Shown: piece after piece, positions 6,951-8,870 of the stretch
Position numbering within the stretch: the first letter of the stretch is position 1
How the letters are laid out: the number at the start of each line of letters is the position of its first letter
NCBI RefSeq assembly: GCF_006345805.1
Contig: NW_021828308.1
Span: forward strand, 1-8,870
From: Octopus sinensis
Lineage: Eukaryota
Direction: 5' to 3'
Length of the DNA stretch: 8,870 bases
The notes under the pieces: model-generated
Databases searched by the model: none
The model's input: only the letters and a program-made list of their open reading frames with translations
What the model was told of the DNA's origin: nothing
Position numbers and translations under genes: made by a program

Positions 6951-7317
6951 TTGAGCGAACGGTCTTCGTCCCAGAGCTCGCAAGATGGGATAAGTCCGAA
7001 ACGTGGTCCTTTGCTATTCGTAATACCCGCAAAGAGAAGCAGGTCAACCCCCCGACACGAGAGCATCGACGATGGATGAATGCGCATCCAGGCTCAGCGG
7101 TTGCGTAGGAAGTCGGGGACAAGAAACAGGAAGAAAGAATAAGAGAAAGTTGGGGCGAAAGAGTACAACAGGGGTCGCCACCATCCCCTGCCGGAGCCTC
7201 GTGGAGCTTTAGGTGTTTTCGCTCAATAAACACTCACAACGCCCGGTCTGGGAGTCGAAACCGCGATCCTCCGACCGCGAGTCCACTGCCCTAACCATTA
7301 GGCCATTGCGCCTCCAC
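6945..7317 (-). mobile_element. Long (~370 bp) tRNA-derived SINE, family D
   Basis: Head GTGGAGGCGCAATGGCCTAATGGTTAGGGCAGTGGACTCGCGGTCGGAGGATCGCGGTTTCGACTCCC, with A-box TGGCCTAATGG (7305-7295) and B-box GTTTCGACTCC (7261-7251). A GC-rich body runs into a CAA-type tail. Possible TSD TGCTGTTGCTGTTG at 6911-6924 and 7318-7331 (low complexity). The 3' boundary is inferred. Confidence 0.8.
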
Positions 7318-7344
7318 TGCTGTTGCTGTTGTCATTGTTTGACA

Positions 7345-7510
7345 GCCGGCCTACCTTGATCATACCGATATATAACGAAATGCATTCCAACCGTGACCAC
7401 TCCGATTTTTAGTATATCTAGGACTACTTTGTGATGTGTATGATATTTCTTTCGTTAAGATGAGTAGTGTGAAATTTGAGGGACATCTGGCTACAATTTT
7501 TGGCAAAACT
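7345..7510 (+). repeat. Probable diverged interspersed repeat
   Basis: CCTTGATC...ATGCATTCCAACCGTGACCA...TATCTAGGACTAC...AATTTGAGGGACATCTGGCT resembles a common octopus repeat from memory. It shows weak similarity to the reverse complement of 5480-5560. Confidence 0.35.
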
Positions 7511-7542
7511 AGGAATCAGTTAGCTGGTACTTTTAAGCTTAA

Positions 7543-7835
7543 TGTGTGTGTGTGTGTGTGTGTTGGGCATATGTATGTGTTGTGTGTGTGCGTATATATG
7601 TGTGTATGAGTGCGTATACTTGTGTGGATGAGTCTGTACGCGTGTATATATGTATGCATGTTTGTATCTGTGTATTATGCATGTGTGTGTGTGTATATAT
7701 ATATGTGTGTGTGTATATATATATGTGTGTGTATATATATATATATATATAATGTGTGTGTGTGGTGTGTGTGTGTGTGTGTGGTGTGTTTGTGTGTGTG
7801 TGTGTGTGTATGTGTGTGTGTATGTGTGTGTGTGT
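7543..7835. repeat. Compound (GT)n/(TA)n microsatellite
   Basis: Long alternating purine-pyrimidine tract. Confidence 0.96.
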
Positions 7836-7931
7836 TGGTTTGAAGAACGACACTGAAATGATATTTTCAAAAGCCTCTTTCAAGTTGTTTTTTCATCCTT
7901 TGAAACTTGCTGCAAGTTTCACAGAATAGTG

Positions 7932-7990
7932 AAAGGTGATGCTCCAGCATGACCTCAGACAATATGGCCGAAGCAAACTAAAGAACTGAG
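7932..7990 (+). mobile_element. Possible SINE 3' tail relic
   Basis: GGTGATGCTCCAGCATGACCTCAGACAATATGGCCGAAGCAAACTAAAG resembles a recalled octopus SINE tail (GGTGCTCCAGCATGGCCGCAGTC...GACTGAAAC..GTAAAAG); no second copy in the window. Confidence 0.35.
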
Positions 7991-8255
7991 GAATAAGTCA
8001 TCTCTTTAAATAATGATTCTATTTCTGTGTCTCTTTTGAAATACCGCGTTATGCTATATATTATATTGGCAGACATCTTCTTTGGTGAAACCTCCATCAA
8101 CTTTGCGCATGTGTCACTTGAAACGGAAACTAGACGTAGAGAAGAAAGCGTGGTCTCGTAGCGAATCTATTGAAAGAAGGATGACAGTGGCAAGAATGAT
8201 CTGAATGAAAGGACCTGCTATGAGCATGTGCAGACAGACTGAGGGCGGGCAGCTG

Positions 8256-8790
8256 CATTAAGAGTGATCACGTGATTTCCGAGGGAATCGCAAAACCACT
8301 AACATGGTTATTGCTGCGCGCTAAATTCAAAAGAAGTGTCGAGAACATCATCGTAATCTCTGCTTGGTTTTTATTGGTCTATCAAATACGTTCGACACTA
8401 AATTGAGAACTTGGATGCTCACCAAGGGTTTTGCGACTCATCATAAAAGCTCGTGTGATCATCGGCAAGAATCGAACACTTTTGATATCAACGTTGTCCT
8501 GAAACACGGTTACATACTTGCCCCATTTCTTTTTTCTTCAACTTCTCCGTCACGGCCATTACTCTCCCTATGTGGGCTGAACTCGATTCTGACAATGGAA
8601 TCACGATCAGCTACTGTCTGGACGCTAATGCTTTCAATCTCCGGCGACTCAGAATCAAATCGAAGTCTCAGACTGCCATGATCTTCGAGCTCCATTACAC
8701 CAATGACTGCGGCCTGCCAACTCACGATCATAAATCAGCGCAAGCATGTCGTGAACGTCACAGTGAACGTTTATCAAGGGCGAAGCCGGC
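8256..8790 (+). pseudogene. RTE-clade LINE reverse transcriptase fragment, heavily decayed
   Basis: Across frameshifts: E*SRDFRGNRKTTNMVIAAR*IQKKCREHHRNLCLVFIGLSNTFDT, LGCSPRVLRLII..KARV, SNTFDINVVLKHGYILAPFLF, and GITISYCLDANAFNLRRLRIKSKSQTAMIFELHYTNDC. These match RTE motifs ESQCGFR, QEKCREQ, FIDLTKAFD, GVKQGCVLAPTLF and FNLRRL.AKTK. The catalytic Y/FADD is degraded to YTND (8696-8707). Confidence 0.9.
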
Positions 8791-8870
8791 AAGGGTTTGT
8801 GAAACTGTCGTGGCAAGGCGACCTCAATGGACCGTTGAACGCTGGTGAGGTGTGTTGCAGCTGCTGCTAC

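Noticed and set aside
6808-7233. 141-aa minus-strand ORF and overlapping ORFs
   Set aside because: They lie within a SINE body and its triplet tail; no domain signal.
7240-7317. Genuine tRNA gene
   Set aside because: A- and B-boxes are present, but there is no convincing acceptor stem or oligo-T terminator and the sequence continues into a long repeat body; it is a SINE head.

Overview
Eukaryotic, repeat-dense non-coding DNA with no supportable host gene. The SINE families and dense microsatellites point to an octopus or related cephalopod (inference from recalled repeat families, not a database search). The window holds about ten tRNA-derived SINE copies or fragments from at least four head/body combinations. 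It also holds four decayed autonomous-element fragments: an L1/Tx1 zf-RVT piece, a Penelope-like linker plus GIY-YIG piece, a mariner transposase C-terminus with its 3' TIR, and an RTE-clade reverse transcriptase. Two non-autonomous TIR elements are present as well. The best-supported unusual structure is a 188-bp TIR element inserted in the Penelope GIY-YIG motif with a perfect 10-bp TSD. It shares an internal core and telomere-like CCCTAA tract with a second, 416-bp TIR element that has different TIRs. I found no evidence for a wholly new biological system; the findings are transposon-architecture observations.
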